From Azolla caroliniana (Eukaryota > Plantae > Polypodiophyta), in the NCBI GenBank assembly GCA_043228905.1, contig JBHGNT010000021.1:6014001-6078000 (forward strand): 64,000 nt of DNA, read 5' to 3'. Position 1 is the stretch's first letter; each line of letters starts with the position of its first letter. Below are positions 49,723-62,100 of this stretch, piece after piece. A program made the translations under genes and the position numbers. A model generated the notes under the pieces. The model made no database searches. It was not told the origin of the DNA and worked only from the letters and a program-made list of their open reading frames with translations.

Positions 49723-50321
49723 ATTAGTGTTCAAAAATAGATGTTCCACATAGAAAGCTTAGTTCACCTAGGATAAACTTTAGTTAAAAGAAAACGCATG
49801 CTAAAAGAAAAAGCTACGCATGCACATCTAGCGTGCATGAACGCTATAGTTGATAAAAAACGCACAAATTAGAAAAAGCATGATCACTTTAGATAAAGCA
49901 TATAGTCTATCTATAGGAAAAGCATGGAGTCTATAGTTAGAAAAAGAGAAATGGACTCCCTCATCACTACATAAGGATGGGGAGCACAATGTAATAGGTG
50001 TGTGAAATATTTGGAAATTGGATATATTTCCGAAAACACCAACCGATTAATATAATCGTGGGATTCACGAAAATAATATAATCTATACTTGTGGGATTCA
50101 CAAGTTTCTTATATCTTTCTTTCAATCTAAATACATATTCTTATCTAAATATTGATTAATCGAATACAATACACTCGTGGGATTCACGAAATTTCTATCT
50201 CTCTTTCTAATAATCTATTCATTACTAGCCTCATCTCATATTCTTCTTTCTCCCAGTCCAAAACCTCAATGGTTCCCACCCGACTCACGCAACTATCCGG
50301 CGCCGAAAGGCACAACACATT

Positions 50322-50339
50322 TGGTGAACCCAAAGTGAA
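50322..50339 (+). promoter_or_regulatory. PBS of F (tRNA-Trp type)
   Basis: TGGTGAACCCAAAGTGAA, 4 nt after the LTR. Confidence 0.78.
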
Positions 50340-50358
50340 AAAACCGGGTGGCAAGGAG

Positions 50359-52338
50359 ATGGAAAATCAACCGGAGGCTAGCAACATGATGATGATGTTC
50401 GAGCGCATGCTACAAGAACAACGCACGATGTCGGAGATAGCGGCATCAGTGGAGCGGCTCGTGCAACGAAACGGGCAATTCAACGGGAAAGACGTGTCGC
50501 AGTATCTTCGGGAGTACAAGGCGGAGATGCTACGGTGCGGAATATCAGAAGGACTGCAAGTGACGTCCTTCAACCGGGTGGCAACTGACGGGCTACAACA
50601 ACAAAATCCGAGATAGGAGGTGTTTGAAGAAGAGCTAAAGAGGATGTTCGCCATCGAGGATTCCTCCAAGGCGACGCGAAGGGGATTCGAAGATTGGGTG
50701 GAGACGCCGGACAAGGGATTGAAGGTCGTTGATGTGTTTTCGGCATTCGAAAGCCGGTTCGGGAGGTTGTCCGCGAGAGATCAAGCTATCCTCGTACCGG
50801 ACAAGGTGATCATGTTCTTGCGAGCCGTGGACGTCCGGGACTGGAAAGATCTCGGAGTGCTCTTGGAGGACACGACCACGGAGAGTGGCCTCACCGAAAC
50901 ATGGGAAAGCGTGCGGGATATCGTCGCGCGATACATGAAGAGGGGGCAATGGCTTGCCAACGAGGAAAAGAGGGTTTCGGAACCGATTCCGAAACCGAGA
51001 ACCGGATTGGAAGACCATCAACCGAGGGCTCGGGAGACTACAACCGAGAAGGGGATTGATGCATCTACGGTGGAGCAACTATTGAAGGAGATGGAGAATC
51101 TGAAGATCGCAATGGTGAAGAAGTCGGATGACCGCCCCACAACCTCTAAGTATACGGACCGATGGTGCATATGGTGCGATAGCGCCGAACACGATCGGAG
51201 GGATTGCGACGAGCATAAGGAGGCGCTACGGCGGGATCTCATCTACTACGAGGGAAACCGGATTCATTCGATGGACTCTCGGAAGCCACTCCGACCGAAC
51301 TTCCGGAAAGGCGGCATGAAGAAGGTGCTCGAGAAGGAATTGGCGGCAAGAAGCAACTATGCGACAACCGCGGGAATATGTGTCGGGGAGTCATCGAGAG
51401 CAAAGACGTCTTTTTGGCCGGAAGTTTTAGAAAACACCGAGAAAACCGACTCCAACGAGATCCGAAGCACCGCGGAAGGCGTCCGGGAAGCTACGGGATG
51501 GGAGTGCCCTGTCGACAAGAATAGCGTATATGCCCTGTGTCAATTGCATAAGGTGTATGTGGACGAGAAACGACGACGCACGGAGGATGCGGGCGGGCCA
51601 TCGAAGATACCGGAGGTAAGGCAAAATAAAAGGCAACTCCGGCATTCAAGGTCGCCTTGGACATAGAACAACAAACCGACTTGAAAAGAGTGTTTGAGGA
51701 AAGGATCTTGGATAGCTGGGTAGATTTCTCGCTTTAGGAGCTACTCAGAATAGCAAAGAAGGAGTTCCACGATCTTCTCGTGGATCTCGTGAAGCGAAAA
51801 AGACAAAGTACGGAGGAAAATGCTCCAAGGGTGAATGCGAACACCGTTTTAATGAACGACACCGAAGTGGAGGACGAAATTCCGAACTCCCACTATACAA
51901 GGCCACATTGGGCACGCGCGACTACGGAGACTCCGGTCTGAATCGGCAACATCAAAGAACCCGTTCTAGCATTGATTGATCACGGATCGGAGATCAACTT
52001 GATGTCCAAGGAGTTCTACCGGAAGGGGAAGTGGCCTATTAACACCAACCAAAGCAACGGAAGATCTATTTGCGGCTTGTCCGGATGTGACGGTGAAGAT
52101 CGGGGATGTCGAGATCGACCAAAATTTCTTCGTGCAAGATGAGGTTTCACATTCCGTCATCCTAGGCCAACCCTTTATCACGGCATCACGGATGGAGATG
52201 AAGGTGCTCGATAGCGGTGCGGCTTTTGCACGAATTCGGAGCCAAAACGGTGGGAAATCCGTCCAATTCCTAATGGTGTCGGCAAATCACGAAAGGAACA
52301 AGAGGGAACTCTTGTCCCAAGTGAGAATGGATTTTTAA
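50359..52338 (+). pseudogene. gag: F gag-protease
   Basis: GQFNGKDVSQYL, CIWCDSAEHDRRDC, LALIDHGSEINLM (~51965-52005), VILGQPF, ends MDF*. Confidence 0.9.
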
Positions 52339-52373
52339 AGCGGACTGTTGCGGAGTGGGGAAGTGATAGTCCG
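52329..52373 (+). promoter_or_regulatory. Putative -1 frameshift signal of F
   Basis: G_GAT_TTT TAA, 5-nt spacer, 11-bp stem CGGACTGTTGC/GTGATAGTCCG; ORFs 52674 and 53199 are in the -1 frame. Confidence 0.78.
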
Positions 52374-55300
52374 AGAAGCCCTGATACACCACACAGGAAG
52401 AAAACTCTCGGAGCAAAACATGTACGAATCGGTCCGGATGGGGCATCTATGTACACGACCGTAACCGGAGGATTGAAGAAAGGATACCGACAAGTGGAGG
52501 ATAAGTTGCGGTCGACATCAATAATAAAAGAAGATGAATAAATCATGGGGATAGTCGAAGAAGTGTTCTATGGGAGCACGCTACAACGACTTGAAGAGCT
52601 TGCGGAAGATAAAAGCCAAGGGAACCGGGTAGTCCCGGTGGAATCGGTCGAGATGTACGAGATCATTGCGTAAATGGAGCCAGATACGCTCCGCAAAGAA
52701 GAAGCAATGGTAAGTACGAAATACAAGACCGTGGAGAAGAAGGTGAAACCGGCCGCAGGACCACTACCCGCCGATAGCGAACAAAAGAGGAAAGAAGTCT
52801 CGGGAGATCCGACACTTCGGAAGTTCGTGGATATCGGACATGCCTTCACGGATGAGACCCGGAAGAAACTTCGGATCGGTGGAGGTGGGTTCCTATTACA
52901 AAAAGAAGAAGAACGGTTTTGCGAGATGTTGGAGCAACACGGCAAAGCATTTGCATTTACATCAAGGGAGATAGGGTGCGTCGATCCGAGAATACTGGAG
53001 CCGATGGTGATCTTCACAATTGACCATGTACCGTGGAACCTGAAGCCGATTCCGATGCCACGAGCGCATATTCCGAAAGTCATTGACTTGCTCAAGGAGA
53101 AGGTGACAATGGGGATTCTAGAGCCATCAACTGCTCCGTACTCAAATTGATGGTTTACGGTTCCGAAGAAGAATGGGTCACTCCGATTTATCCAAGACTT
53201 GCAACCGGTGAATAAGGTCACGATCCGGAACTCGGGAGTCGGTCCGATAGTGGACGAATTTGCGGAAGCTTTTGCCAGTCGTGCGATATACTCCATCGGA
53301 GACCTATACTCGGGGTATGACCAATTCCAACTAGCCGTGGAGAGCCGAGACATCACAACCATGCGAACACCGATAGGATTAGTCCGAATGTGCACACTAC
53401 CACAAGGAGCGACAAACTCGGTTGCTCATATGATGAACGCGATGAACAAGGTGCTTCGAGACTGCATTCCGGAGATAACGATGCCGTTCCTCGATGACAT
53501 TCAGATGAAAGGATGCATAGTAGAAGAAAAAGATGAGACTATGGATGATCGGGGATGCCGAAAGTTCGTGGTCGACCATTGCGAGAAAGTGTTGCGAAAG
53601 CTAGAAGATGTGCACCTAACACTTTCCGGGGAGAAATCGGCATTCGGGCAAGAAGAAATATTGGTGGTCGGACATCTATGTGGGCCCTACAGCCGAAGAC
53701 CGTCACCAACAAAGATCGATGCGATTCAAGCTATGGAGGAAATATGCGAGTCAACATCCGAAGTCCGAAGGTTTCTCGGTGCATGTGCATTCTATCACAT
53801 ATGGATTCCGCACTATGCACATATAGCGGACCCGCTCTACCACTTGTTGCGAAAAGGTAAGAAATTCGAATGGAAACCAGAACACACCAAAGCCATGAAG
53901 ACATTGAAGAAGACACTTTGGAGGGCGGAAGCACTTAAGAAGCCGAGCTACGACCGACCGATCATAGTAACGGTTAATACAAGTCCAACCGGTATCGGGT
54001 GGGTCATCAATCAAGCCGACTCGGATGGTTCGCGGTATCCGATCCGATTCGGAGCAAAGGTTCTCAACGAAAGGCAATGTGGATATGCACAAGTCAAAAG
54101 AGAACTATGGGGAGTCGTGTCGGCGATAAAATCGGATCGGGATTATTTGATCGGAGCCGAAGTGGTGATCGAGACGGATTGTCTTCCGATAGTCGGGATG
54201 ATGCGGTGTTGTACGATACCGGATGTAGCTATGCTAAGGTGGGTTGCATATGTCAAGTCTCTTAATCCGGAGGTTCGACACATCTCGGGGAAGGACAACG
54301 CGGTAGCGGATATGTTATCAAGGGCTCGGTTCGGAGACGACATAACCGAATCGGATAACGACGAAGTTTCCGAAGACTACTTCGCGTCGGAGCACATATG
54401 CCGAGTGAACGTAATCCAAGAATTCTGGGAAGAAGAATACGAGGGAGAAAGTTTGATGATCGGAAAGATGTTACAAGAGGCCGAGGACTCAACAAACGAT
54501 AAAGGAAGAAGAGCCGAGATCCGAAGGAAGAAGAGGCAAGTCCAAAAGTTCTTCTTGGAAGACGGATTAATATGGAGGGCGCCGAAAAGACTGAATGGTA
54601 TACCACTTCGAGTAGTCGGGACAAAAGAGCAACGAAACGGGATAATGTCCGAGTTTCACGAATCCGATTGGGCTGGACACCGAGGAACATGGGCAACATT
54701 TGTGAAGATCAAGCAAAAATATTGGTGGAAGAAAATGTACAAAGATGTCGCGGAGTTCACGAAAAGCTGCGAGAAATGTCAAGTCTACTCCGGGGTTCGA
54801 CATCAAGATGAGTTACATCCGACATTCTCACCGACAATCAACTTCAAGTGGATGGTCGACATAGTGGCCATGCCGACCGGGATCGGACAAAAGAAATACT
54901 TGGTATTAGCTCGGGAAGATCTCACGAATCAAGTAGAAGGTCAAGTGCTTCAGAGGAAAACGTGTTCCGCGGTATGCCAATTTCTTTTGGAGGAAGTATT
55001 TTGCAGGTACGGGTGCGTAGGGCAAGTGATTGCTGATCGGGGAGAATTCGACTCGGACAAAGCTAGGGGATTCTTCGCCAAACACAGAGTTCGGTTATCG
55101 CTGACAACGACATACAATCCAGAGGCCAACGGGAAAATCGAACGAGGACATAGTCCGATCGTGAAAGCACTTGCGAAGGCATGCGATGGGAAGGTGAAGG
55201 ACTGGCCGCAGATGCTTCCGTATGCACTATGGGTGGATTGGACGACGCATAGCTCCGTAACCGGTTACATGCCGGCAGAACTCATGACCGGACAAGCACT

Positions 55301-55918
55301 GGTAATGCCGACGGAAACTGCGATTGCAACATGGGCAGTGCTACCGTGGAAGGAAGAGATGAGCCGGGAAGAACTACTAGCGGTCCGGATACGACAACTA
55401 GAGGGAAGACCGGCAGACATAGCAAAAGCAATACGCTGACAACAAGAAGCACGGTTCCGGAACAAAAGCCGGTTCGACACAAAGCACCGACTACGACCGA
55501 GGAGGATTGAAGAAGGAGATTGGGTGATTGTCTATGACAGTAGTTTGGACCATCAACATACAACGATGCGGAAATTCGCGAAAAGGTGGTTCGGGCCATA
55601 CGAGGTTCGGAAAGTCTTCGACAACGGAACGTACCGACTGTCTGAGTTGGATGGAACAATACTACGAGTGCCTATAGTCGGGAAGCAGGTGAAGATTTTC
55701 AAGAAGAGGACCAACGACAAACCCTATGTGATCCAAGCCAAGGCCCACAACGAGGAGCAATCGGACGAAGACCACGGTGATGCAGGAAGCGAAGAAAGTG
55801 AATTACAACTCATAGTCGACATTAGGGGAGAATCGGAGGAAGCTTTGGGTGAAGACGGATATGAGGAATCGAGAACTTCGGCACATACCGGAGGATGTGC
55901 GGGTTCGGAGGGGGCGAG
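52329..55918 (+). pseudogene. pol: F pol (one frame, several stops)
   Basis: ORFs 52674-53150, 53199-55439 and 55524-55961; RT, RNase H, HHCC/DDE integrase, no chromodomain. Confidence 0.93.
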
Positions 55919-58135
55919 TGTCGTAGTGTATTCCACACACTACGTGAAAACCATAAAATAATATATCCGATTTTAGATACATATAAATAAATAAATAATA
56001 TATCAAAGCATTTATCACATGCACAGGGCAAGATTCGAACCTTGCACCTCCATGTTAATAATGTAATGTCTTACCATTACACTAGCATTTCATTAGTGTT
56101 CAAAAATAGATGTTCCGCATAGAAAGCTTATTTCACCTAGGATAAACTTTAGTTAAAAGAAAACGCATGCTAAAAGAAAAAGCTACGCATGCACATCTAG
56201 CGTGCATGAACGCTATAGTTGATAAAAAATGCACAAGTTAGAAAAAGCATGATCACTTTAGATAAAGCATATAGTCTATCTATAGGAAAAGCATGGAGTC
56301 TATAGTTAGAAAAAAAGAAGCATGGACTCCCTCATCACTACATAAGGATGGGAAGCACAATGTAATAGGTGTGTGAAATATTTGGAAATTGGATATATTT
56401 CCGAAAACACCAACCGATTAATATAATCGTGGGATTCACGAAAATAATATAATCTATACTTGTGGGATTCACAAGTTTCTTATATCTTTCTTTCAATCTA
56501 AATACATATTCTTATCTAAATATTGATTAATCGAATACAATACACTCGTGGGATTCACGAAATTTCTATCTCTCTTTCTAATAATCTATTCATTACTAGC
56601 CTCATCTCATATTCTTCTTTCTCCTAGTCCAAAACCTCAGTGGTTCCCACCCGACTCACGCAACGATCCGGCGCCAAAAGGCACGACAACGTGTTTTAAG
56701 AGGACGAAGTGTTGTCGGACTGGGAACCGAGCTCTCTCCTCCACCATAGTCGTTGCAGGGATTTTGGGTTAGGTTGGCTACCTCTGCTGCGTGAAAGCCC
56801 GCGTGCTTTTGGTAGAGGCTCCACCACGTATTTCAGTGCGTGTCGAGTCTGTGTTGAGTCTGTGTTGAATCCGTGTTGAGCCTGTCACCGGCTTACCGGT
56901 TGTAACATTGCAAGTTGTAATCTATATTGTTATTGGAATTGATTCTTTCTTTCCTGTCTCTCTATGTTCCTGCGAATCTCTCTTCCTCTTATCTCTCACG
57001 CTCCTCAGTTCAGGGCCCCCGTGGTCCCGCCTTGTTCCATACGCGTGAGCGTAACAACACGACAACGTCGTACAAAAACTTGATGATATCCTCCTAAAGC
57101 TCTACTTGTGATCTTAACCTCTCCAGTTCCCCCTACCCTTCTTTGATTTCTTGTTCACTCCATGTAACAGAGTCAAGAATTTTCTTGTTGTACTTTCACA
57201 CCCTCTTAACTTACTATTTCTTACAAAATTTTAATATAATATATATTTCGCATATTTTGTGAAAATTCTCGTTTGAGTATTTTGCTACTTCGTAGTTTGC
57301 CATGAGGATCATGTCAAAATTTTTGGCTTGGGATTTTGAGCTTGGGATACAAAGTTAAGTGAATTTTGGCGAAAGTGGCATAAAACAAGTCACTCAATTG
57401 TCTCACTAAGAAACTCGGCATGTCCGTATGGAGTCTTTGTCATGAGTATTTTTCAGATATCGACTCTGTACACTGAACTGAGAGTTGCCGCTAAAATTCA
57501 TTGTCATCTAAGTAGATGTTTGCAAATTTGTCGTCAAACAATCAAACCTCATATCCAATGTGCAATGAAGAAAATATTTTGTAACATGGGGTTATACAAA
57601 TCTAACTAATGATGAGCAAAAGTATAAGAGATTAAGGAAATGAATTGATTGAGGATGCTTAACCACATGGACTATCCCCGAGCGACAAACATGAGTAAAA
57701 CATAAATAACCATGAGTTTTCCATAACATTGAATACTACCTTGTGTTTATACCTTAATTGTTGGATAACATATCCCAAAAAGAGAGCATAACCTCATCAT
57801 TAAAGACCTAAAACTGTTTCAAGTTGTCGTAACGAAGGGGGTGGGTAGGTCCCTTGATATGGCTCAATATGTAAGGCTCCCAAACCACCACATGTTCACA
57901 AGTGTCATAAACTGTGAATGCTAATAAGTGTGAACATTAATTAATTAATTATTAATTAATAAAAGATGCACAATGTGAAAAGTGACAAACATGAAGAGAC
58001 ACCCCATCATGAACGAACACAATTGTGATTAGTATGAATATGGCATAACACTATATTTTGTAGAACACTCATCATAACTTACAATCTTGTATGTGCTTAT
58101 CTCATGATATTCTATTATCATGTAATATCACATAG

Positions 58136-58208
58136 ATTTTAGAAATCATGGGAATTGCATACGAATTTCTTGGTTCTCTTGATTTGGACAACTAGACCAA
58201 GGGACAAA

Positions 58209-58262
<54 letters not shown>

Positions 58263-58515
58263 CTTGGGAGAAAATAAATTAGAAATTCAATGGACAACCC
58301 AACACCAAGCATTATATCACAAGGTACTCTCTTGATCTAGACAACTAGATCAAGTGAAAAAGACTCTCCCTCTCTCTCTCTCTCTCTCTTGAACAAGAAA
58401 AAATAAATTAGAAATTCAATGGCCAACCGAACACCAAGCGTTATATCACAAGGTACTCTCTTGATTTGAACAACCAAACCAAGTGACAAAGACTCTCTCT
58501 CTCTCTCTCTCTCTT
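58136..58515. repeat. ~130-bp triplicated unit, each copy ending in a (CT)n microsatellite
   Basis: AATTAGAAATTCAATGG...TCTCTTGAT...AAAGACTCTCTC recurs; longest CT run 58211-58260. Confidence 0.85.
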
Positions 58516-59106
58516 TGGTGAAAACACACAATTATATTAATAAATGTGTGTAAAAAACACTACTTACAATAGGTGTGACAATGGAGTATGGTCACCCACT
58601 AATTACACTACACTCCATGGGTAGTGGAACATGTTGAATTGCCAATAGGCAAGACAAACACTCCACCGAGGAAAGAATTTCCACTTGCTCCAATAAAGAA
58701 AATCACCACATTAGTACTCCCTTCAACTTTTGTGGATATGCTTTCAATCCATGTCTACAGTTGAGTACAAAAGTATTGCGCATATTCCAATTATGACGCA
58801 ATCCCCAATATCTCAGAAATAGAAAAACAATATGCATCTCTGATTTTGGGTCAACCTGTATAAATTGTGCAAACACCCACTGTCTAGGTGTCAAATAACA
58901 CCATGATCAAACTTGCCAAATTTGAGAAATGTAACTCCAATTCTGACAAGCAATTGGACATTGTATAAATCGATGAGTATTTTTTTTCATAAATGAACAG
59001 TGCAAAAGAAACAATTACCCGTTGCTAATCCACGATGCTTTAGAGCTAATCCCAAAGGCAAACCTACAATCAAAACTCTCCAAATGAAGACCTTTGCTAT
59101 AAATGG

Positions 59107-62100
59107 TGTTGAGCGGCAAGCTCAATTGGAGCCAGATCGGCTGAACAAGCCTGAGCCGGTGAGCGAGACGAATCGATGAGCCGGCGAGCACCCGGTGAGC
59201 AAAAGAGCCGGTCAACTAGGGAGCCGGTTAGCCGGATCCATCAGTAACCGAAAGCCTAGTAGCAGCTAGACTACTAGGGAGTTAATACTCTCGTAGTTAG
59301 TGTCAGACGCTCAAATGAGCATTGAAGTACACCGTACTTCTGTCAGTCCGTATGGACTTGTATAAAAGTGTTCGCTGAACACATACTATGTACAAAGTGT
59401 TGATATCATTTTTGAATAGTGATTCTTGTTCTGCTCTCTTTGTCTCTTCCACGTACTGTTAAGCTCTCCATTAAAACTTGTTCTCTGTTTTCTGTTTTTC
59501 TATTGCTTCCACACGCTATTTGTTTTTACATGGTATCATAGCGCGAGGGTTGAGAACCTCTGCAACTGACATATCTTGAAAGGAAAACTTTTGTAAAGAA
59601 CAAGAAAAGCTAAATGGATAGAGGAATGGCTTGCTCGCTCCCGGTGGAGAAGCTCGACAGAACCAACTACGCATCTTGGTCTTACAAGATGCACCAATAC
59701 CTGCTTGGGCATGGGTACTGGAGCTATGTCCATGGAGCTAACGACACAGCACCTAATGCGGCACACAAGGACTTCCCAGTGTGGGAACAATCGGCAAGCA
59801 GAGTGATGTACTACTTTGCGTCCAGTGTCAGAGACCAGCTACTGAGCCATATCCGAGATGCCAAGACGCCAAAAGAAGCTTGGGGAAACCTGAAGAAGGT
59901 TTTCACCAAAAGCACAACGGCCAGGAAGGTGCAGCTCAGGTAGGAGCTCAGCAATGTCCGACAGAAAACTCTGTCTGTGGCCGATTACACGGCCCGAATC
60001 AAGGAAATTTGCGACTCACTCGCCTCCGTCAATGTAAACGTCGAGGAGGACGAGATGGTGCAAGTGTGCCTTGGTGGGCTAGCGTCCAGGTTCAGAGCTT
60101 TCTGAACGGCAGTTTGTACGAGGGAAAATACGCCGTCTTTTTTCGACTTACAGTCGATGCTCCTTGAAGAGGAGAACCACGCTGGTGCGTCAACAAGTGC
60201 ACCCACCGACAGCTGGATGTTGTACACGGAGGCGGATCGGCCCCGTGGGCGTGTTGGACGAGGCGGGTTGGCACGCAATGGAGGCGGCCTACAAGGGCAG
60301 GACCAACGGCACAGAGACCGTGCCGACAGCAGTTCCGAGACCTCCACAACCAGGGGGAGTCAAGGTGGCGCCGGAAGCCGGCAAGAAAAATCCACCATGG
60401 AATGTTGTTATTGTGGTAAAAAGGGCCACAAAGAAAGCGAGTGTTGGAAGAAGCACGCCGATTCGGACAGATCCAGATCCGACAAAACCAGTCGGGAGAA
60501 CCGGCAATACTCGCACTACATAGAAGGATCGGGAGGATCCAAAACCAGAAAAGCCGGTAAGGGGCCAACCTTGGTCATGAAGCATGAGGCAAATTCGATG
60601 AAGAAGACCACTTCCAAATCGGAGGAAGTGTGGTACGTTGATTCCGATGCATCAAATCACATGATGAACCACAAAGAGTAGTTCTCCTTCCTGGAGAAAT
60701 CGGAACAACCGGGAGTTGTCGAAACCTGAGACGACACTCCTCACCCAATCGTGCATGTCGGAGAAGTTCCCTTGAGCCACGTCGGACAGAGGGGGAAGCT
60801 GATGAACGTATTACATGTTCCAACTATCACGAAGAACCTAGTGTCGGTCGGACAGATCGTCGACCTCGGGTGCTTCATCGAGGAGGAGGGCCAGATTATC
60901 ACGCAAAGGCACAGAGATGGGAGGATGTTCATCCTCGACACCAATGACGTCAGCACCGCCTTGTTCGCCAAAGGACAGAAGGTCGAATCGGACATCGACC
61001 TATGGCACAAGCGGATTGGCCATGTCAATTACCGAAGGTTTGCCGAAGTTTAGTGGCCGGAAGGCCCAAGTATGTGAAGCCTGCCAACTCAGGAAGCAAC
61101 ACCGGCTTCCCTTCCCCGCCGAACAAAACCATACCCGTAACAAGCTCGACCTTATTCATTCAGATGTATGGGGACCAACATAGAACGTGAGTCTTGGTGG
61201 GAGTCGATACTTCGTCTCCTTCATCAACGACTATAGCCGACACACATGGATCTACCTCATTGAGTGGAAGAGCGAAGTCTTCGACTGTTTTCGGAACCTC
61301 CAGAGCATGGTGCAACAGGAATCGGAGAGGAAGATCAAGTGCATGCAGTCAGATTGCAGAAAAGAATATTTTTCCGGCCAAAGTTATCTGCAGCAAACAG
61401 GAATTCGGAGAGAGTTCAGCAGCAGATACACACCGGAGCAAAACGGTGTGGCCGAAAGGAAGAACCGGTCGCTTGTCGACGCGGCAAGGGCAATGCTGGA
61501 AGAGAAGAGCATGCCCCATTTCTACTGGGCGGAGGCGGTCCGGACGGCCGTCTACATACAAAAACGGATCAGTGACAAGGTGTCCGCGCGTGAGCTGTAC
61601 TTCGGGCACAAGCCGAATTTGAGACACCTTCGGATTTTCGGCAGCATAGCATATGTGCATGTGCCGAATGAGAATCAGAGGAAGCTAGATGCAAAATCGG
61701 AGAAGTGCATCCTCGTCTGCAACTCACATGAGCAAAAGGGGTATAAGTGTTATAACCCCCAGACGAAGCAGGTCCGAGTTAGCCGCGATGTTGAGTTTGA
61801 TGAGATGGCATCATGGTATGCCTTACCGGCTCCGACTTCCGAACCCGACCTAATACCGGAGGATGAAGCTAGTGAGCTTGAACCGGTCCAGACAGAAGAT
61901 GATGAATCCGGGACTCAAGAAGAGAGTCCGGAATCGTTTCGGTTGAGTGGGCCAAACAAGAGACTGGGTCAATCCGACCAGTCGAATGAGGAACCGACGA
62001 GTAATGAAGACTCTCCCGTGCTCTCCCCGCGCAAGGAACCAAGGAGACGGTTCACGCGCAAAGAGAAGGGGGAGAAGAAGATGCCGGATTATGAAACCGG

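Larger units (their letters stand above)
49550..56688 (+). mobile_element. Full-length Ty3/gypsy element F, nested in the 3' LTR of E
   Basis: LTRs 49550-50317 and 55919-56688 are highly similar; flanks GCAT/ACGT (decayed GCGY); PBS 50322; PPT ~55901-55918. Confidence 0.96.
43012..57064 (+). mobile_element. Full-length degenerate Ty3/gypsy element E; its 3' LTR is split by F
   Basis: 5' LTR 43012-43645; 3' LTR 49279-49549 + 56693-57064; perfect TSD ACGT (43008-43011 / 57065-57068); PBS 43652; PPT 49262-49278. Confidence 0.95.

Noticed and set aside
52568-53395. Long antisense ORFs over gypsy/copia pol (also 19426-19983 and 20223-20753)
   Set aside because: These are shadow ORFs expected from GC-rich codon usage on the coding strand.
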